Source of the DNA: Tetramitus jugosus
Lineage: Eukaryota; Protista; Heterolobosea
Assembly: GCA_937625935.1 (NCBI GenBank)
Contig: OW569383.1
Coordinates: 186,001 to 250,000 of the forward strand
Direction of reading: 5' to 3'
Length of the DNA: 64,000 nucleotides
The notes beneath the pieces are model-generated. The model made no database searches. It worked only from the letters and a program-made list of their open reading frames with translations, and was not told where the DNA came from. How positions within the stretch are numbered: position 1 is the stretch's first letter; each line of letters begins with the position of its first letter. The position numbers and the translations under genes are program-made. Shown piece after piece: positions 9,639-19,192 of the stretch.

Positions 9639-11102
9639 TCAGTATCCTTGAGAGGCTTCATATTTGACTTTGTAGCATGGCAACACTTGATCAGGATTGA
9701 AGATGATCACTTCAGCAGACCCGTCAGGACTCACATGACTATCGAATCCATCGACTTTGGCACAACCTGTCTGCACTTGTTCCATTCGATGCGCCTTTCC
9801 AACAAATACGAGACAGATCAACAAGTATGGATTTCCTCTTGAATAGGAGATACTCATGCCAGGATACTCTGAGAAATAGAATCCCTTGCCATACCAACCC
9901 ATATCCGTGCTGGAGCCAACCTTCTCCAACAAGAAATTGGTCTTAATAATATTTTCCATGTTCACTTCACTGGTTCCATGGAAGAGCAACAATGGCTTCA
10001 TACTGTCCACCAAGAATCCATGCTTCTGTGCCAAGTCAATCTTACATTGATTGAATTTGGCGACCAATGTTGGATTCACAATATATTCTACACTTGAGAC
10101 ACGATAGGATCCACCACCACCATATGTTGTGCTTCCCTGTCTCTGAAACTGTGATTCTGCCATTCTAAAGTGAATATGTTCTGCATCACAATCAAAAACA
10201 TTGGTTCTCAACAGCGGATAACGCACCAAGCTCTTTTTTCGTAAGGCTTCCACTTCTCCTTGACAAAAGAATCGAGTACTGCGCTGCAATTTTTCATCTC
10301 TCAGCTTCTTCTCAATCAATTTTCTCTCGGCAGACAACTTTTTCTGAATGGACGCTGTTTCAGCATCGTCACCGTGATTGGCTGACAGTGGTGATGGTGA
10401 GTTGGCCATGAGATCAACCTGAGAACGCAAATGTTCCTTTGTAGCCAACTGTGAAATGTACTCTTGTTCCAATTCACGGTTGTTCTTCAACTTGTCTCGA
10501 ATCTGTCTTGTCATTTGTTGTTTTCTGTGCAGGCACAGTCCTACATCAACCACTTCATCCAACTCACTCAACTGGTGTGGACTGTCATGATAACTGCCAT
10601 TATTACTACTGTTGTTGTTGTTCTTGTCATCTTTTTTCACAGTCAGTTGCAAGTGCTTCAATTTTGACTCGATCCGATCAGACAACAGAAAATTAATGGC
10701 ATCGTCAATTGAGCCATTGGTTCGATGTTGCAACACGAGTCTAATGTTATCCAATGACACATGAGACAATATATTGTGCACGTGCAACACTTTTTCTTCC
10801 ATCTCATCATCAACAACAACAACAACATCATCACTCGTGTTGCTTGACTGTCCAAATTGTCTCAACGATTGAAACTCTACATGTTGTTTCATGAGTTTGG
10901 AATAGTGGAGCAACAGCTTTCGAACTTGAGTATGAATGGTGGATGTGATGAGTGAGTTGAGCTCGTTGAAATCGTCCTCTGTGTACTCGTGTTCATCCCC
11001 TCTTCTAGGTAGAATGACTGGGTCATTACTGGAGACAGAGTTGATACTACTACTACTAACAGTAGTAGACGATGGTTTTTTCTTGTTAAACAAAAAACTC
11101 AT
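9639..11102 (-). CDS. PARP-type ADP-ribosyltransferase with CUE-like ubiquitin-binding domain and coiled coil
   Basis: LLFHGT, GWYGKGFYFS, SYS, AEVIIFNPDQVLPCY (H-Y-E triad); LSHVSLDNIRLVLQHRTNGSIDDAINFLL is CUE-like. Confidence 0.85.
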   Translation of the reverse strand: MSFLFNKKKPSSTTVSSSSINSVSSNDPVILPRRGDEHEYTEDDFNELNSLITSTIHTQVRKLLLHYSKLMKQHVEFQSLRQFGQSSNTSDDVVVVVDDEMEEKVLHVHNILSHVSLDNIRLVLQHRTNGSIDDAINFLLSDRIESKLKHLQLTVKKDDKNNNNSSNNGSYHDSPHQLSELDEVVDVGLCLHRKQQMTRQIRDKLKNNRELEQEYISQLATKEHLRSQVDLMANSPSPLSANHGDDAETASIQKKLSAERKLIEKKLRDEKLQRSTRFFCQGEVEALRKKSLVRYPLLRTNVFDCDAEHIHFRMAESQFQRQGSTTYGGGGSYRVSSVEYIVNPTLVAKFNQCKIDLAQKHGFLVDSMKPLLLFHGTSEVNMENIIKTNFLLEKVGSSTDMGWYGKGFYFSEYPGMSISYSRGNPYLLICLVFVGKAHRMEQVQTGCAKVDGFDSHVSPDGSAEVIIFNPDQVLPCYKVKYEASQGY

Positions 11103-11248
11103 GAATGGCCTGTGAGAGTGCTCTGTCTGGTGTGCTTTGCTTTGTTCTGTTTTTCTTGCTTTTTGGGTTCAGAACGACTTTGAATTCGTGTTCGCAATGT
11201 TGTTCTGAGTTCCACATCATTTGGTTCCAATAAGGATGACAAAAGTGT

Positions 11249-11345
11249 CTCCCATACCGGGACTCGAACCCGGGTCTTCCGGGAACTTTTGCATTTCAGC
11301 TTGGAAGTGAAAGCCGGATATCCTAACCAGCTAGACTATATGGGA
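11249..11345 (-). tRNA. tRNA-Glu(UUC) with 24-nt intron (11284-11307) at position 37/38
   Basis: TCCCATA acceptor stem, TAGCTGGTTAGGAT D arm, TCCGG-CTTTCA[intron]C-CCGGA anticodon arm, GGTTCGAGTCC T arm; T4 terminator at 11241-11244. Confidence 0.95.
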
Positions 11346-11952
11346 CTACAAAAGAATGTTTGCTTGTTCGTTTTGCGGCCATTTTTCACGCGTAGTCAGA
11401 TTAAATTGGGTGCTGATGGAAACACGCTGTATGTACAGGCAAAGATGAAGTAAAGAACCAGAGCCAATACATTGCCTCATACGATCTGGTTTGTAGGGAG
11501 GAAAAGAAATCAACCTATTGTTTGATAGTGTTGTGTGGCAGAATGGTAAGTGTTTCACGGTGCGGCAAAACTGAAAGACAAGGAGATCCTCTTCGGTACG
11601 ACGGGTATTCTAAACAGGGTGAAGAGGAGGTGCATCTACACCCTTCTATTCATCCCCTACACAAACAAGGAAAAACCAGTGGTTTCTGTAAAAAAAATTT
11701 GCCACGAAGCTTTGAGAGAAGAAGAAGGTTAATTCCTCTGGTTAATTGTTGCTCCGTCTCTCCACTACAGATTTAATAGTAGGTTTTAATGCACCATCGT
11801 TTCCTTGAGTAAACCACAGCATAGAAGGAGAAAACGGAACTTTTCCCATCTTCGAGCAGGAGATTGATTTGGCAGCGAAGACTGTAGTCAAGGTCTAATT
11901 TTATTTTGAGCGCACTTCGTCAATTCCAGAGAAATCTGGCCAAGAAATACTC

Positions 11953-13098
11953 ATGCATGCTAGCTCTCAGATTCAAGCTTTTAAGAATACTCTTAAAGGA
12001 CAAGCTCTCGGTCAAGCTCTACCTCGTCAAGATGCTTCTCTTATCTCTGGCAATGAATCCAACGAATTTGATTCTTCTTATCATTCCTCTGAGCAAGTCC
12101 AAGATGATGTTCCTCAGAGAATATTAGGAAGGTTCTCAAACCAGCCTACCATACTGAGAAAGAAGACTCGTGAGTTTCAGAATCCAAACAAAAAGGGTTC
12201 TAAGCGTGATAGGGAGAATGTTGCTCCCGAGGAAGTGCAAGATGAGAGACTTCAGAAACAAAGAAAGCTCTCAGATAAAACATTAGAGTTAGCCAATCTC
12301 AGACCTCTGGGACTATTCAACAAAGGGAGAGTATCAAGTGGCGTAGAGATCAAGAGAGGACCTAGAACTTCTGTTGAGCAACAGATCGCTTCAAGCAAAG
12401 TGAAAAGTAAAATTGAGGGAAGTAATACCAAGTTGAAGAGTAAAGACACTCTGAATGAAAGAGAAAAGCATAAAGAAAGAAAGAAAAGAAGAGGAATGGA
12501 GAAAGAAGGAAAAGAAAGAGTTCCAGCAGAGAATCAACAACCCTCTGTAAATGTCCTCGACACTCTTAACACTCCTGAGGAAGATGCTTGTCCACAATGG
12601 AAGGGAGGAGCTTATTTCCAGAGTTTGAGACAGAAAGTATTGTCAGATATGGAAGAGGCTAAGGTGAAAGGTCAAAAGAATCAGAACAAGCTTCAATCAG
12701 AGCATATTGCCATGTACAGCAAAAATATAGTGGAATCAAGCTTTGTTATCCTGGAGAACATGAAAGATGAAGAGGCACAGATTGGTGAACTCTCCCTATT
12801 GATGAACGAAGTAGATGTAATGGTCGGATCAATCGTTCAGAAATCTAGTCTTCTTGCTGCTTCTTTTCCCCCAAGAAAGGAAAACGAGAATGCTTCTTCT
12901 TGCGAAGACGGTCAATCTAATGATGATCCACTAGCCCTCCCTATTTTTGCGTCATTCCAATCCACGAGCACATCGAATTTTGACCTACCACAATGTGAAG
13001 CACCTAGAGATGCACATGAACAAGAAGGGGAATACAATGAACAGACCGATATCAAAGCAAAGAAGGTGAACCAATTCATGAAGGCATATTTAGCCTGA
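11953..13098 (+). CDS. Hypothetical charged protein (at least 381 aa); 5' exons possibly in 11520-11950
   Basis: Long ORF with K/R-rich NLS-like stretches; several short GT..AG segments upstream not resolved. Confidence 0.6.
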   Translation: MHASSQIQAFKNTLKGQALGQALPRQDASLISGNESNEFDSSYHSSEQVQDDVPQRILGRFSNQPTILRKKTREFQNPNKKGSKRDRENVAPEEVQDERLQKQRKLSDKTLELANLRPLGLFNKGRVSSGVEIKRGPRTSVEQQIASSKVKSKIEGSNTKLKSKDTLNEREKHKERKKRRGMEKEGKERVPAENQQPSVNVLDTLNTPEEDACPQWKGGAYFQSLRQKVLSDMEEAKVKGQKNQNKLQSEHIAMYSKNIVESSFVILENMKDEEAQIGELSLLMNEVDVMVGSIVQKSSLLAASFPPRKENENASSCEDGQSNDDPLALPIFASFQSTSTSNFDLPQCEAPRDAHEQEGEYNEQTDIKAKKVNQFMKAYLA

Positions 13099-13323
13099 GG
13101 TGATAGTAATTGAAATATCACTAGTTGTTACAATGTACGAATCGCAAAATAAAGTATCAATCCGTTTAGAATGGATTCGTGTCTGTGTTTTCTCCACCAA
13201 ACAAACCGTTACAAAACTACGACTTCTCCAATAAATATCTCGAGATGATGTGAACATGACAACAAATCCAAATCATAATTTAGTCAAGTGACTCAGAAAC
13301 AAAGGATAGAGGTTCTCCCTACC

Positions 13324-14121
13324 ATGCCAATAAGGATTAAAGATCGATTCCGCAAGTTGAAAAACAAGCTCAAAATGAAAGCACTTCGTTGCATGCCAAT
13401 GACTCATCGAGGTAAGCGAAGAAATTTAATGATGAGTCCTACTGAGAGAATGAGAAGGTGTTCAATGGCATTAGCGAGTCCTATTGGCAAGACGTATCAC
13501 AGGGCCTCCTTGCACGCGACTTCGCCCTCGCAGAGAGCATCTTACAGAGCAAGACCTCACAGTCATACATTTCTGTCATTGGAGGAAGAAAGAATGGATA
13601 TGAATCTGTTTCGGGAATTAAGTTCAAGAGATATCTTTGAACAGGACATGCAACTCGACGCTGTTTCATTCAAACACTTACAAGCAGAGGAGCTGTTTCT
13701 GGTGAGGATTGATGAACCCAAAATCCTCTCGAACAATGTTCAGGATGGGGATTTCATGAAAGCTCCAATTCCCCCTCCTATTCCTTCTTCTGGTTCAGAA
13801 CCTGTGTTGTTATTATGCGGTAATGATCTGGCACAATCATTAATCATAAGAGAAGACAAAAAGGATGACCAAAGCTCGGATATGTCGACAGACAAGCTCA
13901 GTACACCAACAAGAAGAGCATCATCGACAGATGGGGAGAATCAAACTGATGAACCCTTCAGTAGTCCTGATGCAGCATCAGTCACTTCCAATCAAGCTGA
14001 ATCATCATGCACTTCTCCAAACATGGTAGAGGGGATCCCTGTGTGGACAACGCTCCGACTAGCTCTCCTTAGAGAGTTGAAGCAATACATTGAGATGAAC
14101 AAGCACAAATTTATGTACTAA
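13324..14121 (+). CDS. Hypothetical protein (about 265 aa)
   Basis: Long ORF, basic N-terminus, S-rich C-terminal half; no family recognised. Confidence 0.55.
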   Translation: MPIRIKDRFRKLKNKLKMKALRCMPMTHRGKRRNLMMSPTERMRRCSMALASPIGKTYHRASLHATSPSQRASYRARPHSHTFLSLEEERMDMNLFRELSSRDIFEQDMQLDAVSFKHLQAEELFLVRIDEPKILSNNVQDGDFMKAPIPPPIPSSGSEPVLLLCGNDLAQSLIIREDKKDDQSSDMSTDKLSTPTRRASSTDGENQTDEPFSSPDAASVTSNQAESSCTSPNMVEGIPVWTTLRLALLRELKQYIEMNKHKFMY

Positions 14122-14169
14122 GACCACATAAAGATGCACCAAAACTTGATTTTATCGGTTGAAATGCTG

Positions 14170-15774
14170 TTATTGTTTCGTATCATGCAGCCTATTCTTC
14201 ACAGTTTGGTACTCTTCCAAAAGGTATTGCATGAGCAATTCCGGATCTGGAATCACAGTCTTTTCAGTTGTCATCGAGATGTTGATGTAATTATGATAGG
14301 ACAAAACGGCAACACCGAGCGAAGATCCAGGAGGTACTGGAGTCAGAGCAACACTACTACTCATTGGAACACCATCAATTGCAAGCTGACCAGGCGGACT
14401 TTGGACATTAGTCACAATACCACTCTGTAGGTAAGACATATAACCATAGAGTTTGTTGATCACTGCCTTGGGCAATACCTTTTGAACGACATACGTCAAA
14501 AAGTAAGTAAAGTACCGCTCAGGAAGCTGCTTATTATAATCCATCTCCTTCTTGATCCAATTGAGTCGTTCGACACAATCAGTGATACCCAATGGAAGGT
14601 TACTGACCATAAATCCAAACTTGTTTCTTGGCACCTTGAAGTCCTCGATGCTTGTTCGAATGTTCACAGGTGTAGTAATTCTAATGTCTTGACGCTTGAC
14701 AGGCTGCTTCTTATGTTCTGTATACTTGTCGACTGCACCAGCAAGACAACAGAGCATGAGATCATTAATCGTTGCATTCACCTTTCGACTCACACTCCTT
14801 GCTTCTTCAATTGATATTTCATTGGTTGAAAAAGCAACTCTCTTCTCTGCAGTAATGGGTGCACCATGCTCGCGTTTGAGCACCGTGTGTGGATCTAATC
14901 CAGCAGTCACTCCATTCCACACCCACTTGATCAATATCCGGAAGAAACCAATCACAAACCATAGGGCTACCATAAAAATGGGATACCAGGAATCAAATTT
15001 GATGAGTCGCAACAGTGGCCTCAAATTAAAACCACAGAGCTTGACTTGTTGGGACGATGACTCAGCGGAAGAGATCTTGCTTGCACCAGTCGTTTCACTA
15101 TGCTCACTAACAACATTACTCTTGACCTTGTTACTCATGGCAGCTCTCTGATTCGATATCATTTGTTCAATTTTTTGCACAGCATCACCATCAAACAACG
15201 ACTGACAGCACAGAACCAGTGCAGAACCATCACCAATCACGTGATGAATTCTCCATATGATTACAAAACCCTTGGAATGATAATCATCCACCACAACAAT
15301 CTCCCAAAGTGGCTTTTTCTTGTCTAATGGACGACTCGTCACATCACTCACCAAATTTCGAAAAGCAGCATCTTCATCTGTAGCTCCACCATAATAGGAC
15401 GTAGGATTCTCACTCTTCTTCAAGCTCAACGTACGGATATGGTCCTCCAACTTGACTTGAACAGTAGTAAAGTTCTCTAGCTCATCATCAATAATGGAAT
15501 GAAAGCGATAATAGTCTTGATTCTCCAGGATTTTGTCATTGATTTTTTGTTTGAGCGCATTGATAGCTATTGGCCTTTGCATGAACAGGATCACACTTTG
15601 GATGGCTGGTTGACTGTCTAGCTCAGTTCGATAGGTGAAACCACCCATGTGGGTCAAGGCTCTCTTTCTTCCTGTAAATGGCAATTTGGCGCGTAATGCA
15701 TCCTTGTCCGCTCCGTCTGGTTTTTTGGCGGGAATCACTTTGGCTGAATTTCCAAGCTTTTCTTGATGGATCAT
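14170..15774 (-). CDS. Wax ester synthase / diacylglycerol acyltransferase (WS/DGAT)
   Basis: PLDKKKPLWE, HHVIGDG (HHxxxDG), ATINDLMLCCLAGA, PVNIR, TNVQSP, LSY. Confidence 0.92.
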   Translation of the reverse strand: MIHQEKLGNSAKVIPAKKPDGADKDALRAKLPFTGRKRALTHMGGFTYRTELDSQPAIQSVILFMQRPIAINALKQKINDKILENQDYYRFHSIIDDELENFTTVQVKLEDHIRTLSLKKSENPTSYYGGATDEDAAFRNLVSDVTSRPLDKKKPLWEIVVVDDYHSKGFVIIWRIHHVIGDGSALVLCCQSLFDGDAVQKIEQMISNQRAAMSNKVKSNVVSEHSETTGASKISSAESSSQQVKLCGFNLRPLLRLIKFDSWYPIFMVALWFVIGFFRILIKWVWNGVTAGLDPHTVLKREHGAPITAEKRVAFSTNEISIEEARSVSRKVNATINDLMLCCLAGAVDKYTEHKKQPVKRQDIRITTPVNIRTSIEDFKVPRNKFGFMVSNLPLGITDCVERLNWIKKEMDYNKQLPERYFTYFLTYVVQKVLPKAVINKLYGYMSYLQSGIVTNVQSPPGQLAIDGVPMSSSVALTPVPPGSSLGVAVLSYHNYINISMTTEKTVIPDPELLMQYLLEEYQTVKNRLHDTKQ

Positions 15775-16409
15775 TTGTTCTGAAGTTGTGTATGCTTGGA
15801 AGCTGTCTCAGAGGAAGAATAACTTGTGGATCTCAACCAAGAACGTGTGAATGTCGATTGATGTGATGTGTTCGGTTTTGTTGTTGTTTTTTTGATATTA
15901 TAATTAACATCAGACAAAGGGTGGATGATCACACGCAATGTTGAGTGCTGAGAATATTCCCAATAATCATCCAAGCCCAGTAAAATTCTCCTGAGGGACG
16001 CGTGAGGGAAATGGAAAGTTGGGCATGCGCTGATAAGGAATTTCACATCTCCCATCTTTTTTCACAAGTTCCAAAAGTCGTAAAGTTTGACTGGTGAGAT
16101 GTTTGTGCAGGAGACGTTGTAGTGTTGGTGAATCACCGTTCAAAAAAACGGTCGTTGTATTTCGGATAGGATCATCTTTTTTTTGGTTCTTGGGGAAGAA
16201 GAAATGATAATATTATCTACAAAGGATCCTCAAACAGTCACCGGTTTAGACCAAAGCCAAGATCTCTTTCAGTCCTTCTGGCGGGAGGGGGAATGCACAC
16301 TTTTTAATTCTTTCAGTATTCCATTCTAGAAACCAACATACACAAGCACGCAAGCAACTAGCTCATTGCTCATCTCTCCAGAGAACTATCAAGTATATAT
16401 CAGACAATC

Positions 16410-16694
16410 ATGCAAAGTAGAATTATCCAAGTGGCAGCTAGACAAGCCCTCATGCTATCCAACAAGAGTTCAATCTCTGCTCTTGCTCCACTCAAGCAGC
16501 AAAATCGCTCACGGAGTCATATCTCTTCGAGAAAGTCCTCCATGGATGACGTTTCATCTTCCTTCAAGAGACTTGTAACCATCAATGAGATCCAAAATCG
16601 AATGGAAAACAAGATGAAAGACGGAAGGCAGCATAGGATTTCAACTCACGGCGCTCATTCTAGAGCCTTAAGCAATAAACAACCAGTTTTGTAA
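16410..16694 (+). CDS. Possible small protein (94 aa) with presequence-like N-terminus
   Basis: ACAATCATG start context; R/S/A-rich, acid-free first 45 aa; lies in an otherwise empty 1.2-kb spacer. Confidence 0.4.
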   Translation: MQSRIIQVAARQALMLSNKSSISALAPLKQQNRSRSHISSRKSSMDDVSSSFKRLVTINEIQNRMENKMKDGRQHRISTHGAHSRALSNKQPVL

Positions 16695-17010
16695 ACTGAC
16701 GGGAAAACTTTTGTAAACAAAACTTAGAGTCAAAAAGCATCTCTCGCCAAGAGTATGTCATTGTATTTCCATTACATGGTGAGAAGAAAGTGTCAACTAG
16801 TTCAATCTTGTTATGTCTTAGACGATTGTTAATTTCAGGTTCTATGTTGAAATAGTATTGATTTCTGGTCCCCAGTTGTGTGAATTCCTACTATTTTTGA
16901 AGGCATTTATACCAATGTCATGTTGTACCTTTTATTCCATTTCATACAATTCAAATTTCCAACAACCACAATACAACCATATCACTTAGTACTCCTCTAT
17001 AGAAGACAAC

Positions 17011-18267
17011 ATGAACAAGCTCTCTATTTGGCACTTTACCATCCTTTGTCTGCTACTGCTTGTAACGCAGTGTGTCATTGCAGACGACTCCCAATTCAAC
17101 TCCAAAGTTCAACAACTCTTACGGTACATGAAGCCAACTGACAAGAGTGCTGGCTGCATAAACTTTACTCCCTATGTCAATGGATACAATCCTGATGAAG
17201 GTCCTCACCCTCCACCAGAGCTCATTGACCAATTACTCGACGTTATTGTGACTGAAACTTCCTTCACTTGCATCAAGACATATGGTGTCCTCAACGGACT
17301 GAACTACACATTTGAGGCCGCACGAAAGCGCAACTTGAAAGTGATGGCTGTACTATGGATTGACATGGACGACAATATCAACGAACAATCCATTCAGGTC
17401 GGTATCGAAAGTTCTTTCCAATACAAAGACACCATTATTGCTCTAGTGTGTGGTAATGAACTGCGAGTGCGAGTAGGAAAAGGAGCCTCAGAACCTCATA
17501 TTAACAATTGCATTGACAAACTTAGAGCTGCCAATGTCGAACAACCATTGTCTGTGATTGAATCTTGGTGGGGATGGGTAGATGAACAAGCACAATATCG
17601 TCAATGGTCCATCATTGATCGTCTGGACTGGGTAGGAATCAATGTGTTCCCTTGGTGGGAGTCCATGTTTGATCGTGGTTGTTACACTGAGGAAGGAGCT
17701 GTTGATTTCCATATTGAAACCATTCATACTGTGCAGAAATTGTATCCAGACAAACCTGTTATCCTTACAGAATTTGGATGGCCTGCTGGTCCGAATGACT
17801 TTGTGCAAGCCAATCCAAAGAATCTAACCTGTGGAACTGCAACGGAGGCTCATCAAACATATGTGATCAGTCAGACCATTCGACGACTGCAACAGGAGAG
17901 TTTGTACGGAATCATGTTCTCTTCGTTTAGAGAACATTGGAAACATGGCAGAGAAGGAGTGATTGCATCCTATTGGGGTATCTGTGGTAACGAATCCCCA
18001 TTCCAGTGCAAAAATGTACATGACGTGAAAGGACAATGCACGCAACCTGATACTTGCTCCTTGGGTCCTAATCCAATTGTCAGCCGATCTCCCATTGTCG
18101 ATTCCTCCAGAAGTGACTCACCTCAAACAACTCCTTCTACGACAACTGCTATCAGTCCCTCCAATACGAGAGAGCAACCAGGAGCCGTTCTTTCCAGTTC
18201 TGCTAGCATCACTCAAACGATTCTATCATCCATCCTCTTGCTGATTGCTTCTTTCCTGGTCTTGTAA
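17011..18267 (+). CDS. Secreted, probably GPI-anchored GH17 beta-1,3-glucanase/transglucosylase
   Basis: Signal peptide; CIKTYG, VCGNE (acid/base Glu), ILTEFGWP (nucleophile); S/T stalk and hydrophobic C-terminus. Confidence 0.88.
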   Translation: MNKLSIWHFTILCLLLLVTQCVIADDSQFNSKVQQLLRYMKPTDKSAGCINFTPYVNGYNPDEGPHPPPELIDQLLDVIVTETSFTCIKTYGVLNGLNYTFEAARKRNLKVMAVLWIDMDDNINEQSIQVGIESSFQYKDTIIALVCGNELRVRVGKGASEPHINNCIDKLRAANVEQPLSVIESWWGWVDEQAQYRQWSIIDRLDWVGINVFPWWESMFDRGCYTEEGAVDFHIETIHTVQKLYPDKPVILTEFGWPAGPNDFVQANPKNLTCGTATEAHQTYVISQTIRRLQQESLYGIMFSSFREHWKHGREGVIASYWGICGNESPFQCKNVHDVKGQCTQPDTCSLGPNPIVSRSPIVDSSRSDSPQTTPSTTTAISPSNTREQPGAVLSSSASITQTILSSILLLIASFLVL

Positions 18268-18419
18268 ACACTGGAAATCCTAAAACAAAAATAGCTTACC
18301 CAAGAAACAGCCTCGAACAACAATAACAACAAAAACAACCACCAAAACTACATATCCATAAAAAAAAAATTACCATTCATCCCACTCCACTCTACCTACC
18401 GTTGTAATAAAACAAAGTC

Positions 18420-19169
18420 ATGCTCATCACAATAGACACCGTACTCAATGGCTTCTTAACAGTTGATGCACCTTCCCCATGCACCACACAACAACTCAAA
18501 TCACTCATTCAACAAAAGCATGGCTACGACGCTCAACTCCAAACACTTGTACAATCGGGAAAAATTTTGTCGGATCAATCGAGTATCCCCGCCGCCACCA
18601 GCAGCCAACAACAATTTTTGGTTTTGTTGATGAGAATGAATGACAATAAGGATCAGTACATGACGACTCAACAAATTGAAATGCAAAAACGAATCCGTGA
18701 AGAAATCAAGAGACAACAACAGCTAGCAGCGGAGAAACAAATTCAGGCGGAGAAAGATCGGTTAGTCCGACAGCAGGAGGAACTGGTTCAGCAGAGGCAG
18801 CAACAGGAGAGACAAGAGCAAATGCGTAGGCAAATGGAGCAAATACCGTTACCTACCGTGGATGAATTGCCTGTTGATGATAATCTGATGGCCATGTTGA
18901 TTGAAATGGGATTTTCAGAGTTTGCAAGCAAGAAGGCATTGCTGTTGTGCCGAATGAATGTCAACACTGCGGCTGAATACTTGTTTTCACGTTTGGGTGA
19001 CCCATCGATTGAAGCTCCATTGACCCGACAGCAAATGGTGGCTGTTCTGCAAGCGAATCCACAATTTCAACATCATTGGCAAAGAATTCAACAACAATTG
19101 CAACAGGCTGGTCTGTTGACTGGTGTTCCAGCACAGCAACAACAATTCCAGCCACCCAATTCACAATAA
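18420..19169 (+). CDS. UBL-UBA protein (Rad23/UBAC1-like shuttle factor)
   Basis: N-terminal UBL (LKSLIQQKHGY..QTLVQSGKILSD); UBA (LIEMGFSEFASKKALL..NVNTAAEYL); STI1/XPCB-like LQANPQFQ. Confidence 0.8.
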   Translation: MLITIDTVLNGFLTVDAPSPCTTQQLKSLIQQKHGYDAQLQTLVQSGKILSDQSSIPAATSSQQQFLVLLMRMNDNKDQYMTTQQIEMQKRIREEIKRQQQLAAEKQIQAEKDRLVRQQEELVQQRQQQERQEQMRRQMEQIPLPTVDELPVDDNLMAMLIEMGFSEFASKKALLLCRMNVNTAAEYLFSRLGDPSIEAPLTRQQMVAVLQANPQFQHHWQRIQQQLQQAGLLTGVPAQQQQFQPPNSQ

Positions 19170-19192
19170 AATCGCGAGTTTCTTTCGGGACA

